This document shows, piece after piece, positions 37,882 to 47,375 of a DNA stretch of 64,000 nt. The stretch lies in NCBI GenBank assembly GCA_027067555.1, contig JAMOVU010000177.1, positions 2,996 to 66,995 on the forward strand. The letters run 5' to 3'. The stretch's first letter is position 1. Each line of letters begins with the position of its first letter. The notes below the pieces were generated by a model that was not told the DNA's origin, ran no database searches, and saw nothing but the letters and a program-made list of their open reading frames with translations. The position numbers were made by a program, and so were the translations under genes. Source of the stretch: Candidatus Aminicenantes bacterium (GTDB lineage Bacteria; Acidobacteriota; Aminicenantia; JAMOAD01).

Positions 37882-38706
37882 ATGAAATATTTAATATTCA
37901 CAGATCTTGACGGAACATTGCTTGATTATGATACCTATGAATGGAAGGGAGCTGAAAAATCTCTAAACTACCTTAAAAAAAATAATTTTCCTATAATATT
38001 TATTACAAGTAAAACATTTGAAGAAACAAAACTTTTCAGAGAAGAAATGGGGTTAATTGATTATCCATTTGCCATTGAAAATGGAGGAGCTGTTTACTTT
38101 CCAAAAGTTTATGAGGATTTTTTAGATTGTAAATATAAAGTTAGCAAAGATGGGTTTTGTAAGGTAGAAATTGGAATGCATATAAATAATATTCTCCCTT
38201 TGCTTAGGGAAGCATCTAAGAGGTATGAAGTAAATGTGAAAACTATTTTTGATTTTTCCGATGAGGAGTTTGAAAGGATTTTGAATTTAAAAGGAGAAAT
38301 AGTAAAAAAAGTAAAAGAGAGAGAATATGATATTCCTTTTGTTTTAAAGAGTAATGAAAGTGATAAAGAGGAATTTTTTAAGGAATTAAAAGCTTTTGGA
38401 TTAAAAATTATAAAAGGCGGGCGTTTTTATCATTTATCCGGTGAATACGATAAGGGAATGGCTGCTGAGATTATTTATAAATTTTACAGAAATTTTTATA
38501 AAAATAGTGATTTAAAAACCATAGGTCTTGGTGATTCTGAGAATGATTTGCCAATGTTAAAATTTGTAGAGATTCCTGTTTTGGTCAGGAAAAAGAGTGG
38601 GGTTTATTCAGAAGAAATAAAAAAAGAAATTAAAGATATCTTTTTAACAAAAAAACCGGCTCCGGAAGGATGGAATGAAATATTTGAAAAATTGTTTTTA
38701 ATATAG
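37882..38706 (+). CDS. mpgP: Mannosyl/glucosyl-3-phosphoglycerate phosphatase (HAD IIB, MpgP/GpgP)
   Basis: FTDLDGTLLD, TSKTFEE, GGRFYHL, YDKG, LGDSENDLPML, PEGWNE. Confidence 0.88.
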   Translation: MKYLIFTDLDGTLLDYDTYEWKGAEKSLNYLKKNNFPIIFITSKTFEETKLFREEMGLIDYPFAIENGGAVYFPKVYEDFLDCKYKVSKDGFCKVEIGMHINNILPLLREASKRYEVNVKTIFDFSDEEFERILNLKGEIVKKVKEREYDIPFVLKSNESDKEEFFKELKAFGLKIIKGGRFYHLSGEYDKGMAAEIIYKFYRNFYKNSDLKTIGLGDSENDLPMLKFVEIPVLVRKKSGVYSEEIKKEIKDIFLTKKPAPEGWNEIFEKLFLI

Positions 38707-38758
38707 TAATATAAAAATGTAAAGACAATCCACGAAAAATCTTAATAGGAGGTGTGAA

Positions 38759-39967
38759 ATGTCGGATTTTTTTCAGTCGGGTAATATAACAACTATTAAT
38801 ATTTTAGGAGAAAAAGGCTCTGATATTATAGATTCTCACTTAATGAAATTTTCAAAAAGAAAGAAAACAGCAGTACTGATTCCTGTCCTTTACAGTGATT
38901 ACGTAAGGCCTGCAATGAAAAGGATACTTGAAATTATGAAGGAAATTAATTTTATTCATGAAGTTGTTTTATCTTTAGGCGGAGCATCAAGAGAAAAATT
39001 CGAGAAAGTGAAAGATGAAATAAAAGGACATCCCAGAAATATAACGGTTCTTTGGATGGATAATCCGAAAATTAAAGGTATGATATATGATCTGGAAAAG
39101 GCAAATCTTAAGATAGGACCTGAGGGAAAGGGAAAATCCTGTTGGACCGGTTTTGGTTATATTCTTGCAAAAGGTGAGGCTGACATAATCGCTCTTCACG
39201 ATTCTGATATAGAAACATATTCCAAAGATATGCTTGCGAGATTGATTTACCCACTTGTGAGCCCTCATTTACCGTTTGAATTTTCAAAAGGGTTTTATGC
39301 AAGATTTAGCAAAAAACTTCATGGAAGAGTGACAAGACTTTTTGTAATACCGTTTTTTAAAGCATTGTTAAAAGTTTTGGGACCGCATCCATTTATCTAC
39401 TATCTTAATAGTTTCAGGTATCCGCTTTCCGGGGAATTTGCTTTGAGAACCGGGCTTGCAAGAGTTATGAGATTTCCGGGAGATTGGGGTCTTGAAGTTA
39501 GCGTTCTCTATGAAGTTTACAGAAATGTCACCCTTAAGAGAATTACGCAGGTGGAACTTGCACAGAGGTATGATCATAAACATCAAAAGGTCTCGGAAGC
39601 TGATGCAAATGCGGGTTTGCATAAAATGACTATAGATATTGCAACAAATGTTTTAAAAAATATTGCAGCTGAGGGAGTCATAATTTCTGATGGCAATATA
39701 AGAGCGATCCAAAAAACATATTTAAGAATTGCTGAAGATATGATTTCAAGTTATCATGCAATAGCAATGATGAATGGTCTTTCTTTTGATAGGCATCAGG
39801 AAGAATCAATAGTGGAAACATTCTATAAAGCTCTAATACATTCGTCTGAGAAATTTCTTGAAGATCCTATGGGCGTTCAAATGCTTCCAAACTGGAACAG
39901 GATTACTTCAGCATATCCGAATTTTCTTGATAGATTAAAAAGATTGGTGGATAAAGATAATAAATAG
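38759..39967 (+). CDS. gpgS: Glucosyl-3-phosphoglycerate synthase-like glycosyltransferase (cyanobacterial/proteobacterial GpgS type)
   Basis: MSDFFQSGNITT, GKGKSCW, LHDSDI, KGFYAR, GRVTRLFV, RYPLSGEF, DWGLE, YDHKHQ; next to the phosphatase. Confidence 0.8.
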   Translation: MSDFFQSGNITTINILGEKGSDIIDSHLMKFSKRKKTAVLIPVLYSDYVRPAMKRILEIMKEINFIHEVVLSLGGASREKFEKVKDEIKGHPRNITVLWMDNPKIKGMIYDLEKANLKIGPEGKGKSCWTGFGYILAKGEADIIALHDSDIETYSKDMLARLIYPLVSPHLPFEFSKGFYARFSKKLHGRVTRLFVIPFFKALLKVLGPHPFIYYLNSFRYPLSGEFALRTGLARVMRFPGDWGLEVSVLYEVYRNVTLKRITQVELAQRYDHKHQKVSEADANAGLHKMTIDIATNVLKNIAAEGVIISDGNIRAIQKTYLRIAEDMISSYHAIAMMNGLSFDRHQEESIVETFYKALIHSSEKFLEDPMGVQMLPNWNRITSAYPNFLDRLKRLVDKDNK

Positions 39968-39975
39968 GAGGTAAA

Positions 39976-41238
39976 ATGGGTTTTAAACCTTATGAAACAG
40001 CCTTAAGAGATGAGGCCATAAAATGGATTAAAGAACAGCAAAAAGTTGATATACTTGTAGGTGTTCCATGTTATAATAATGAAGATACAATAAGATTTGT
40101 TGTTGAGCAAATAGGAGAGGGATTAAGTAAATATTTCCCGGAGCTTAGAAAGGCTATTTTTATTTCAGACGGAGGTTCTACTGATAATACAAGAGAGAAT
40201 GCTCTTAAGGCCAAAATTCCCTCTGATGTTTCAGAGATCGTTACAATCTACCGAGGAATTCCCGGGAAAGGTACTTCTTTAAGAGCAATCTTTGAAGTTG
40301 CAAAGCATCTTGAAGTGAAGGCAATAGCGGTTTTTGATTCTGATTTAAGAAGCATAAGACCGGAGTGGATTAAGTATGTTGTCGAGCCTGTTTTAAATGA
40401 AGATACTCACTTTGTTGCACCGTATTATAAAAGATATAAATATGATGGTACCATAACTAATATGATTGTTTATCCAACCACAAGAGCTCTTTACGGAAAG
40501 AGAGTAAGACAGCCAATCGGAGGAGATTTCGGATTTTCAGGAAAATTGGCAAAACTTTATTCTGATAAGGATGTTTGGATGACCGATATAGCAAAATTTG
40601 GTATTGATATCTGGATGACAACCGTTGCTATAAATGAAGTGAAAAGTATTTCTCAAGTTAATCTTGGCGTAAAAATCCACAATGCAAAGGATCCTGCAGC
40701 TGATCTTGTCCACATGTTTATTCAGGTGATTTCAACCATGTTTGACCTTATGAATGAGTATGAAGATAATTGGACTAAAATAGAAAAAAGTGTTGATATT
40801 CCTCTTTTGAAGGGGGTTGAGGATAGTCCTGAACCAACTGAAATAAAGGTGAATTTGAAAAAGTTAGAGGATGAGTTTATTGATGGTTTTGAGCAATTTT
40901 CTTCACTTTACAGAGATATTCTTTCTCCTGAAAGTTATAATGGCCTTCGCAAAGTTTATGAAAATAAAAAGAAGGGAAATGGAATAAATATTAATTCAGA
41001 GCTTTGGAGTTTAATTGTTTATGATGCTGCTTATACTTATCATAATTGGTCAAGGAACAGAAAAAAGTTAATAAATATTCTCTCTCCTCTCTATTTTGGA
41101 AGAACAGCCTCTTTTATATCTGAAACCATAGACATGAATTGGGAGCAGGCTGAAAAAGTAATAGAGAAACAGGCTGAGGTTTTTGAGAAAAACAAAAAAT
41201 ATTTGAAAAACAGAATTTTGCAGTGGAAAGAATTTTGA
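39976..41238 (+). CDS. Single-step glycosylglycerate synthase-like GT2/GT78 enzyme (Ggs/Mgs-like)
   Basis: VGVPCYNNEDTI, SDGGSTD, GKGTSLR, FDSDLRSI, RQPIGGDFG, FGIDIWMT. Confidence 0.75.
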   Translation: MGFKPYETALRDEAIKWIKEQQKVDILVGVPCYNNEDTIRFVVEQIGEGLSKYFPELRKAIFISDGGSTDNTRENALKAKIPSDVSEIVTIYRGIPGKGTSLRAIFEVAKHLEVKAIAVFDSDLRSIRPEWIKYVVEPVLNEDTHFVAPYYKRYKYDGTITNMIVYPTTRALYGKRVRQPIGGDFGFSGKLAKLYSDKDVWMTDIAKFGIDIWMTTVAINEVKSISQVNLGVKIHNAKDPAADLVHMFIQVISTMFDLMNEYEDNWTKIEKSVDIPLLKGVEDSPEPTEIKVNLKKLEDEFIDGFEQFSSLYRDILSPESYNGLRKVYENKKKGNGININSELWSLIVYDAAYTYHNWSRNRKKLINILSPLYFGRTASFISETIDMNWEQAEKVIEKQAEVFEKNKKYLKNRILQWKEF

Positions 41239-43629
41239 TTATTTTAAAATGATTGGGGTTATGTAGTTTTCTTCTATTTTTATATTTAAAGGTTTTTCTT
41301 TAAGTTTCAAAACTATTTTTTGATTTTTTTTTCTGATTAAAGTGCTCTCCATTATTTCTTTATCTTTATAAGTAATTCTTATGTAAAGGGGGAATACCAA
41401 ATGTTTGGTATTAAACTGAAAAAGATTTATTTTAATTAGGTTCCCGTTTATTTTTGTTTTCGCCTGAATTACCGGAAGCTCTCGTCTGTAAATCCAATCT
41501 CTTAAAAATTCACTTGCTGTTTTATTTTTTCCTGCAATTTCATTTATAAATATAGCGGTTGTGATGGATTGAAACTTATGCTTTTTTAATAAGTTTTTTA
41601 AATTATTAAAAAATAGCTTTTCTCCCATGATTTCTTTTAGCATGAAAAATACTAATGCTGATTTATTATAAATTATTGAAAAATAAGCTTTTGTATTCTC
41701 TTCCCAGTTACCAATTCTTTTTCCATAAGAGAGAGGACCGAACTTATAATACTTTTTTACACTTTTATTCATTACTTTTACAGCTTTTAAAAATTCTTCC
41801 GGGGAATTTTTGTGTAAATATTCAATAACAGCAAATTGTGATAAACCTTCAGTAAACCATAAATCTCTAAAACTTGTCCATGAAATAATTCCGCCCCACC
41901 ATTGATGAGCCAACTCGTGTACTAAAACATCTGTTAGGTTTAGTGTGAATTTTACAGGAGAGGATGGATAATAAAATGTTTTTTTTCTTTTTGGTATTTT
42001 TAATATAAGCAATCCCTGATAGCTTGAACCTGAAAGATTATGATTGTGAGTTAAAAGCACATTAATACTTTTAAGGCTCAAAGGGCCGAAAATATTATTT
42101 AAAAAAGATGTAATTTTTGTTATTTTATGTATTTCTTTTTTTACCGAATTGTTAGGAATGAAATCAGAATATACCCTGAATAATTGAGCCTTTGAACTTA
42201 ACTTATTAATTAAATAAAATTTCCCGCATGCAAGGGGCATTCCTTTGATTGAATCAGAATAAAAAGTGTCTTTTTTAATGTTTTCTCCGGCACCAAAGCA
42301 TTTGAAACCGGGTTGTTTTTTAACTTTTAATACAAACCTGAAGAAATCCAGATTATCTTTTAGATAATAGTTCGAATCCCTTCCAAAAAAATAAAAGGGA
42401 TTTCTTATAAAAACGTAAGTTCTGTCGGCTTTTTTTAAAGAGGAAAAATAGAAATCTGTTTCATCATTTTCTACAAAATGAGATGAAAAGGTAAGCTCCA
42501 ATTCTTTCATAGGATTTTGAGTTTTAATAAAAAGTTTGTTAAGAGCTTTGTAATATGAGACCTTATTATTTTTTGAATAAATTCTTCTAATTTTTATATA
42601 ACGAGGTAAGCTGATTGATAATTTGCTAATTTTATGTTTAAAGTAAAGTTTTTCTTTAGCATAATAATCTTTAAAATTTTTGTCCAAAAACATTTCAAAC
42701 TTTATCTCTGATATTTTTGTAAGCTCTCCTGTTCCCATTAATTTCATAGTTTTAAATTTATTGTAATCAAGAAGGATTTTTTTAAAATTCAAGCCAAAAA
42801 GCTGAGTATCAGGAAAGGCTGTTTTGTCAAATCTAAAGGCAAAAATTTTTCCTCTTTTAAATGGAAAAATAATTAGGTTTTCTGATTTTTCGTTCAGGAG
42901 AAAAGCGGATATTTTTTTCTTGTCAAGGCTAAAACCGAAAATATTTTTAAATATTTTTAGAATTTTTTCATTAATTTTCACTTCTTTTTCACTTAATAAT
43001 CCGTTTTCAAGAATCTTTTTAACATTTGTTTCAAAATCAAAGGCTGATAAAATTATCCATTTTGTTTTAAACTTTTTATATTCTTTACCAAAAAGATGTT
43101 TAAATTGTTTCTTTTCTTCTGAATCAGAGGGAGAAATAAAAATGTCTATTTTCCCTTCAAAAATTATTGGAAAAGGAGAAGAGGATAGAATAAAAACATT
43201 AGCTTTTTTTATTAAAATTTTTGCATCTCCTATTCTTATTTCTTCATTTGAAAGTTTAAGTGTTTTTATGTTTTTTATTATAAAGAAAGGATTGATTATT
43301 TCCAGAGGAACTAAGGATTTTATCTTATTATTGCTTTTTTTATAAGTGTAATAGATTATTTTACCTCTATCTCCTTTTGCAAAAGATATTGTAAAATTTG
43401 TTTCTCCGCTTCTTTTTACGCTTAACACTTCGTTAGTTTTTAATGCATTCAATAAAAATTTATATGAATTATCTTCAAAGAGGTTTTTAATTTTTTCATA
43501 TTCTCTTTTTTTTATTAAATCAATTAATGATTTTGAATTTAGTTGGGGAATAAGAAAAAGTAAGAGAACAATTATTTGAAATAAAGAAAAGATCTTCTTT
43601 TTCCTTATCATAAAATAATTATAGAACAA
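41239..43629 (-). CDS. Secreted M1-family (gluzincin) aminopeptidase-like protein
   Basis: Signal peptide; HELAHQWW plus downstream WFTEG, YNKSALVFFML; likely start ATG 43611. Confidence 0.85.
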   Translation of the reverse strand: MFYNYFMIRKKKIFSLFQIIVLLLFLIPQLNSKSLIDLIKKREYEKIKNLFEDNSYKFLLNALKTNEVLSVKRSGETNFTISFAKGDRGKIIYYTYKKSNNKIKSLVPLEIINPFFIIKNIKTLKLSNEEIRIGDAKILIKKANVFILSSSPFPIIFEGKIDIFISPSDSEEKKQFKHLFGKEYKKFKTKWIILSAFDFETNVKKILENGLLSEKEVKINEKILKIFKNIFGFSLDKKKISAFLLNEKSENLIIFPFKRGKIFAFRFDKTAFPDTQLFGLNFKKILLDYNKFKTMKLMGTGELTKISEIKFEMFLDKNFKDYYAKEKLYFKHKISKLSISLPRYIKIRRIYSKNNKVSYYKALNKLFIKTQNPMKELELTFSSHFVENDETDFYFSSLKKADRTYVFIRNPFYFFGRDSNYYLKDNLDFFRFVLKVKKQPGFKCFGAGENIKKDTFYSDSIKGMPLACGKFYLINKLSSKAQLFRVYSDFIPNNSVKKEIHKITKITSFLNNIFGPLSLKSINVLLTHNHNLSGSSYQGLLILKIPKRKKTFYYPSSPVKFTLNLTDVLVHELAHQWWGGIISWTSFRDLWFTEGLSQFAVIEYLHKNSPEEFLKAVKVMNKSVKKYYKFGPLSYGKRIGNWEENTKAYFSIIYNKSALVFFMLKEIMGEKLFFNNLKNLLKKHKFQSITTAIFINEIAGKNKTASEFLRDWIYRRELPVIQAKTKINGNLIKINLFQFNTKHLVFPLYIRITYKDKEIMESTLIRKKNQKIVLKLKEKPLNIKIEENYITPIILK

Positions 43630-43700
43630 AAATTCTTTTTAGTATAGATTTTTGAAAATTAATAAACCACTCTAAAAAATATAGCTTATTTTCAAAATTA

Positions 43701-45278
43701 TTAATTATTTTTTCGTTTAGTTTTGAGCTCATTGATTACATTTTCTATTTCCTCTTTTAGTTCTTTCATTTCTTTTTGGAATTCTTTGCCCATTTTTTCT
43801 GTTTTTATTCTTTTCAGTTCTTCTCTTAATCTTTTCATCTCTTCTTTTAATCTTTTCATCTCTGAAAGCTCAAAAAACTCTTTTTTCATTTTTTCAAAAT
43901 TCTTTAAAATTTTAAATTCCCTTTCTTCTTTTTTATCCGGAAGAATTTTTATTACTTTCAATTTTCCATCTCTGTAAAACTCCACTTTTACTTTTTCATT
44001 GTCTTTTAAAGAGTTAAGGATTTTCCTTATGTCTGAAACAGTTTTTACAGGATTTCCTTTAACTCTGACTATAATATCTCCGGCTTTCAACCCGGCTCGT
44101 TCGGCTGCTGAGCCTCTTGAAACGGATGAAATTAAAAGACCGTAACCTTCTTTTACCCCGTATTTTTTAGCTAATTGTGGACTTAGTTCATACACATTTA
44201 TTCCGAGGAACCTTGTGTTAAAAACTTTGAAAATAATCTTCCCGTTTTTTGGAAATGTCCAGAATTTAAAATCAGGGCTTTTTTTACCAGGTCTGAAAGT
44301 TTCAAAATCTTTTTCCTCAAAATCTTTGTAATTTAGTGTCCCTACCTTTAATTTTATAATTTTTATTTTTTTTGCTCTGTTTATTTTTATCTTTATCCAT
44401 TCTCCGGGCATTAGATCTCTTACAGTTTCCACAAGTTCTCCATAGGAATTAAGTTTTTTCCCATTTATTGCAAGAATAAAGTCTCCCTTTTTTATTCCAT
44501 ACTTTTCAGCGGGAGAACCTTTAATAACCTCTTCCACTATTAATTTCCCGTTCTCTTCATTTACATAAACCCCGAGCCACCCTCTTTTTACATGCCCGAA
44601 TTTTTTTATTTGCGAAGAAACTTTTTTTACAATTTTAGAAGGGATTGCATAGCAGACATTATTTCCTGCTATTTCCTCTCCCTTTACAACCATTTCTTCA
44701 TTTATATCTCTGAATATATAGCTTGGAGAGAGGGAAAAACCAACGCCTCCCTTTATTATTCCAACAAGCTCTCCATTTTCATTAACAACTGCTCCACCGG
44801 AAAGTCCCGGTACTATCGGAGCATTGAGGAGAAGTGAATTTTTCTTTTTTACACTAATTATTCCTTGATAGATGGTTGGAAAAGAGTCATAGGAGACTCC
44901 GATGAGAGCGACCCAATCACCAACGGAGCTATTATAGTTTATTGTAATCGGTTTTAATATCTTTTTTGATATTTTTAAAAAAGCGAGAGAGGATAGTTTA
45001 TCTTTTCCTATAAAAGTTGCTGGATAACTTTTTCCATTGGATAGGGTTATAGTATATTTTCCGTTTTGTTTAGCTATTTTATAAGTTGAGACAATAATAT
45101 CATTCTCAATTGCCACACCGGAGGCTATGTATGTTTTGTGGTTTTTTACTACCACTTTTACAACTGATGGGGATACTTTTATTAAGACTTTTTTTGCCTT
45201 ATCACTTTTAATATTCTGGGCAAATATTAAAAATGTGATTATAAAAATAATCAGAATAAAAATTAATATCTTTTTCAT
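43701..45278 (-). CDS. HtrA/DegP-like trypsin domain plus 2 PDZ domains and C-terminal coiled coil; probably catalytically impaired
   Basis: PGLSGGAVVNENGELVGI, RGWLGV, GSPAEKYGIKKGD, GSAAERAGLKAGD; His and Asp positions substituted. Confidence 0.85.
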   Translation of the reverse strand: MKKILIFILIIFIITFLIFAQNIKSDKAKKVLIKVSPSVVKVVVKNHKTYIASGVAIENDIIVSTYKIAKQNGKYTITLSNGKSYPATFIGKDKLSSLAFLKISKKILKPITINYNSSVGDWVALIGVSYDSFPTIYQGIISVKKKNSLLLNAPIVPGLSGGAVVNENGELVGIIKGGVGFSLSPSYIFRDINEEMVVKGEEIAGNNVCYAIPSKIVKKVSSQIKKFGHVKRGWLGVYVNEENGKLIVEEVIKGSPAEKYGIKKGDFILAINGKKLNSYGELVETVRDLMPGEWIKIKINRAKKIKIIKLKVGTLNYKDFEEKDFETFRPGKKSPDFKFWTFPKNGKIIFKVFNTRFLGINVYELSPQLAKKYGVKEGYGLLISSVSRGSAAERAGLKAGDIIVRVKGNPVKTVSDIRKILNSLKDNEKVKVEFYRDGKLKVIKILPDKKEEREFKILKNFEKMKKEFFELSEMKRLKEEMKRLREELKRIKTEKMGKEFQKEMKELKEEIENVINELKTKRKNN

Positions 45279-45601
45279 AATGGTCTCCTTGCTTTGGATT
45301 TGTTATCTATTTCCATCGCATAGTGGGTTGTTGCACTATTCGTACTTAATATAATATTATCCATTATGGGAATTACTTCTTTCTTTGCAAAATCTTTTCT
45401 ATTATTTTCTTTTTCTATTCTTATGTTAATAAATAAAGATATAATTACAATAGAAATAATTGATATAAAAACAAAGAATATTCTTTTTTTCTTTTTAATG
45501 GCTTTTCTTTTTTTTATCTTTTCAAAGACCATTGATTCAAAATTTTCAGACAAATTTTCTTCAAATTCTAACTCCTTTATTAAATCTTCCGTATTTTTCA
45601 T
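45275..45601 (-). CDS. Putative single-TM anti-sigma factor
   Basis: Directly downstream of an ECF sigma (overlapping stop/start); short N-terminal domain, basic patch, one TM. Confidence 0.65.
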   Translation of the reverse strand: MKNTEDLIKELEFEENLSENFESMVFEKIKKRKAIKKKKRIFFVFISIISIVIISLFINIRIEKENNRKDFAKKEVIPIMDNIILSTNSATTHYAMEIDNKSKARRPL

Positions 45602-46116
45602 TTTTTTACCTCCATCATTGAATTATATTTATTTTTTAATATGGCTTTTCCTCTGAAAATATAGGATTTTATTGTGCCAACAGGTTTTTTTAAAATTTGG
45701 GATATTGATTCAAGACTAAGTCCCTCAATTTCTTTCATTAGAAGGGGAGTTTTATATTTTTCGGGAACCTCTTTTAAAAGTTCCTGAATCAAAATCTTGT
45801 TTTCGGTTGGATTTATCTGAAGTTCTGCTTTTTTTATCTCTCTAAAACTTATTATTTTTTTTAGCTTTCTTTTATTAAACTCTTTTCTCGCAATATTTCT
45901 TCCTATGGCAAAAATCCAGTTTTTAAGATTATTTGTCTTTATTGTTTTTGCTTTAAAATAAACTCTTACGAATGTTTCTTGGGTAAGCTCCTCTGCTATC
46001 TCTCTATTTCCGAAAAAATAATACATATATTTAAAAACATCATTTTTATACATTTTTATAATTTCCTTCAAAGCTTCTTCATCTCCTTTTTTAAGCCTTT
46101 TTATCAGCTCTTCCAT
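45598..46116 (-). CDS. ECF-family RNA polymerase sigma factor
   Basis: KGDEEALKEII, AEELTQETFVRVY, WIFAIGRN, LSLESISQILKKPVGTIKSYIFRG. Confidence 0.92.
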   Translation of the reverse strand: MEELIKRLKKGDEEALKEIIKMYKNDVFKYMYYFFGNREIAEELTQETFVRVYFKAKTIKTNNLKNWIFAIGRNIARKEFNKRKLKKIISFREIKKAELQINPTENKILIQELLKEVPEKYKTPLLMKEIEGLSLESISQILKKPVGTIKSYIFRGKAILKNKYNSMMEVKK

Positions 46117-46162
46117 ATATATAAGATACCTCCGATTTGAAAAAAGTTGCAAAAATTGTTAA

Positions 46163-46621
46163 TTATGATTCAAGTTTCAATAGAAATTTTTTTATATGAA
46201 GCCCCCCTGTAAAACCTCCCAATCCATTTGCTCCTATTACTCTATGACAGGGAATTATTACAGGTAGTGGATTTTTACCAAGAGCATTGCCAACCGCTCT
46301 AAAGGCCTTTGGATTATGAATCCTTTTAGCTAATTCTTTATAGGTTATTGCTTCACCATATTTTATTTTTTCGGTTTCTTTTAAAACTTTAAGCTCAAAA
46401 TCCGTTAATTTAGTGTCAAATTTATAATTTATTTCTGGAAGCTCTCTCTTTTCAAAAAAATAGAGCTCAAATTTTCTCTTTATTTCAGAATTTTCCTTTT
46501 TCTTTAAATTATTTATTATTTTGTTTGAAAAAGAGGCTCTTATTACCTTCTCATCACTACTATCCCATAAATAGTGAAAGGTTAGTGTTTCATTGATTTT
46601 GATTAAATCATAAAATATCAT
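46163..46621 (-). CDS. ogt: Methylated-DNA--protein-cysteine methyltransferase
   Basis: TYKELA, RAVGNALGKNP, IPCHRVI, GGFTGG. Confidence 0.95.
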   Translation of the reverse strand: MIFYDLIKINETLTFHYLWDSSDEKVIRASFSNKIINNLKKKENSEIKRKFELYFFEKRELPEINYKFDTKLTDFELKVLKETEKIKYGEAITYKELAKRIHNPKAFRAVGNALGKNPLPVIIPCHRVIGANGLGGFTGGLHIKKFLLKLES

Positions 46622-47100
46622 TACATTTTGTATTTTCCCAATTCTTCAGGAGTAAGTTCCTCAAGCCATTTTTTTATATCATCAACATTATCTACTGAAA
46701 GATTTTCTATCTTTTTCAAGAGATTTTCTTCTGCAAGTAGAATTGCATTAAATCTTAATGCAAGGGCAATTGAATCGGATGGCCTTGCGTCTATTATTAA
46801 TTCATTGTCATTATCAACATTTCTCAAATAAATTTTTGCATAATAGGTATTATCTTTCACCTCAGTGATTATCACTTTTGAAATCTTGTAGCCTATCTGG
46901 GATAAGATATTTTTAAAAAGATCGTATGTTTGGGGTCTTGGGATTTTTATCCCTTCAAGGGCTATTGCTATACCATTCGCTTCTGCAAAACCTATCCAGA
47001 TTGGCAGGATTCTCTCTCCTCCCTTTTCTCTTAAAACAACAACAGGCATTTTTGCAACGGGATCAACTATTAAGTTCTCCACTAAAACTTCTATCTCCAT
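46621..47100 (-). CDS. Bifunctional nuclease family protein (DUF151)
   Basis: LPIWIGFAEA, PRPQTYDL, IDARPSDSIALALR; SD before ATG 47100. Confidence 0.92.
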   Translation of the reverse strand: MEIEVLVENLIVDPVAKMPVVVLREKGGERILPIWIGFAEANGIAIALEGIKIPRPQTYDLFKNILSQIGYKISKVIITEVKDNTYYAKIYLRNVDNDNELIIDARPSDSIALALRFNAILLAEENLLKKIENLSVDNVDDIKKWLEELTPEELGKYKM

Positions 47101-47155
47101 TTTTTTCTCCTTTAGATTTTTAATATAAGTCGTTTTCCCCAAAAGTCAAGAGGTA

Positions 47156-47374
47156 TTAATCTTTATTCTGTTTCTTAAAATACTCCCTTTCTTCTATAAG
47201 TTCATTTATTAGATCTTTTACTTTCCATTCCAGTGATGTTTTAGTAGTGGTTGCAAGTATTATATCTTTATAATCGGGGAAATTTTTTTTAAGTATTTTA
47301 ATAAGTGTTTCAAGCTCCTCCCCTGAAAAACCGTGAAAAATGATAGTCCTTTCATCTTTTCTTTTATTTCCCAT
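47156..47374 (-). CDS. Small DUF3783-like protein
   Basis: IIFHGFSGEEL...ATTTKTSLEWKVKDLINELIEERE. Confidence 0.75.
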   Translation of the reverse strand: MGNKRKDERTIIFHGFSGEELETLIKILKKNFPDYKDIILATTTKTSLEWKVKDLINELIEEREYFKKQNKD

Positions 47375-47375
47375 T

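Noticed and set aside
36295-38761. Identical 15-nt AGGAGGTGTGAAATG before 36306 and 38759 as a regulatory repeat
   Set aside because: Explained by an optimal Shine-Dalgarno plus spacer plus ATG
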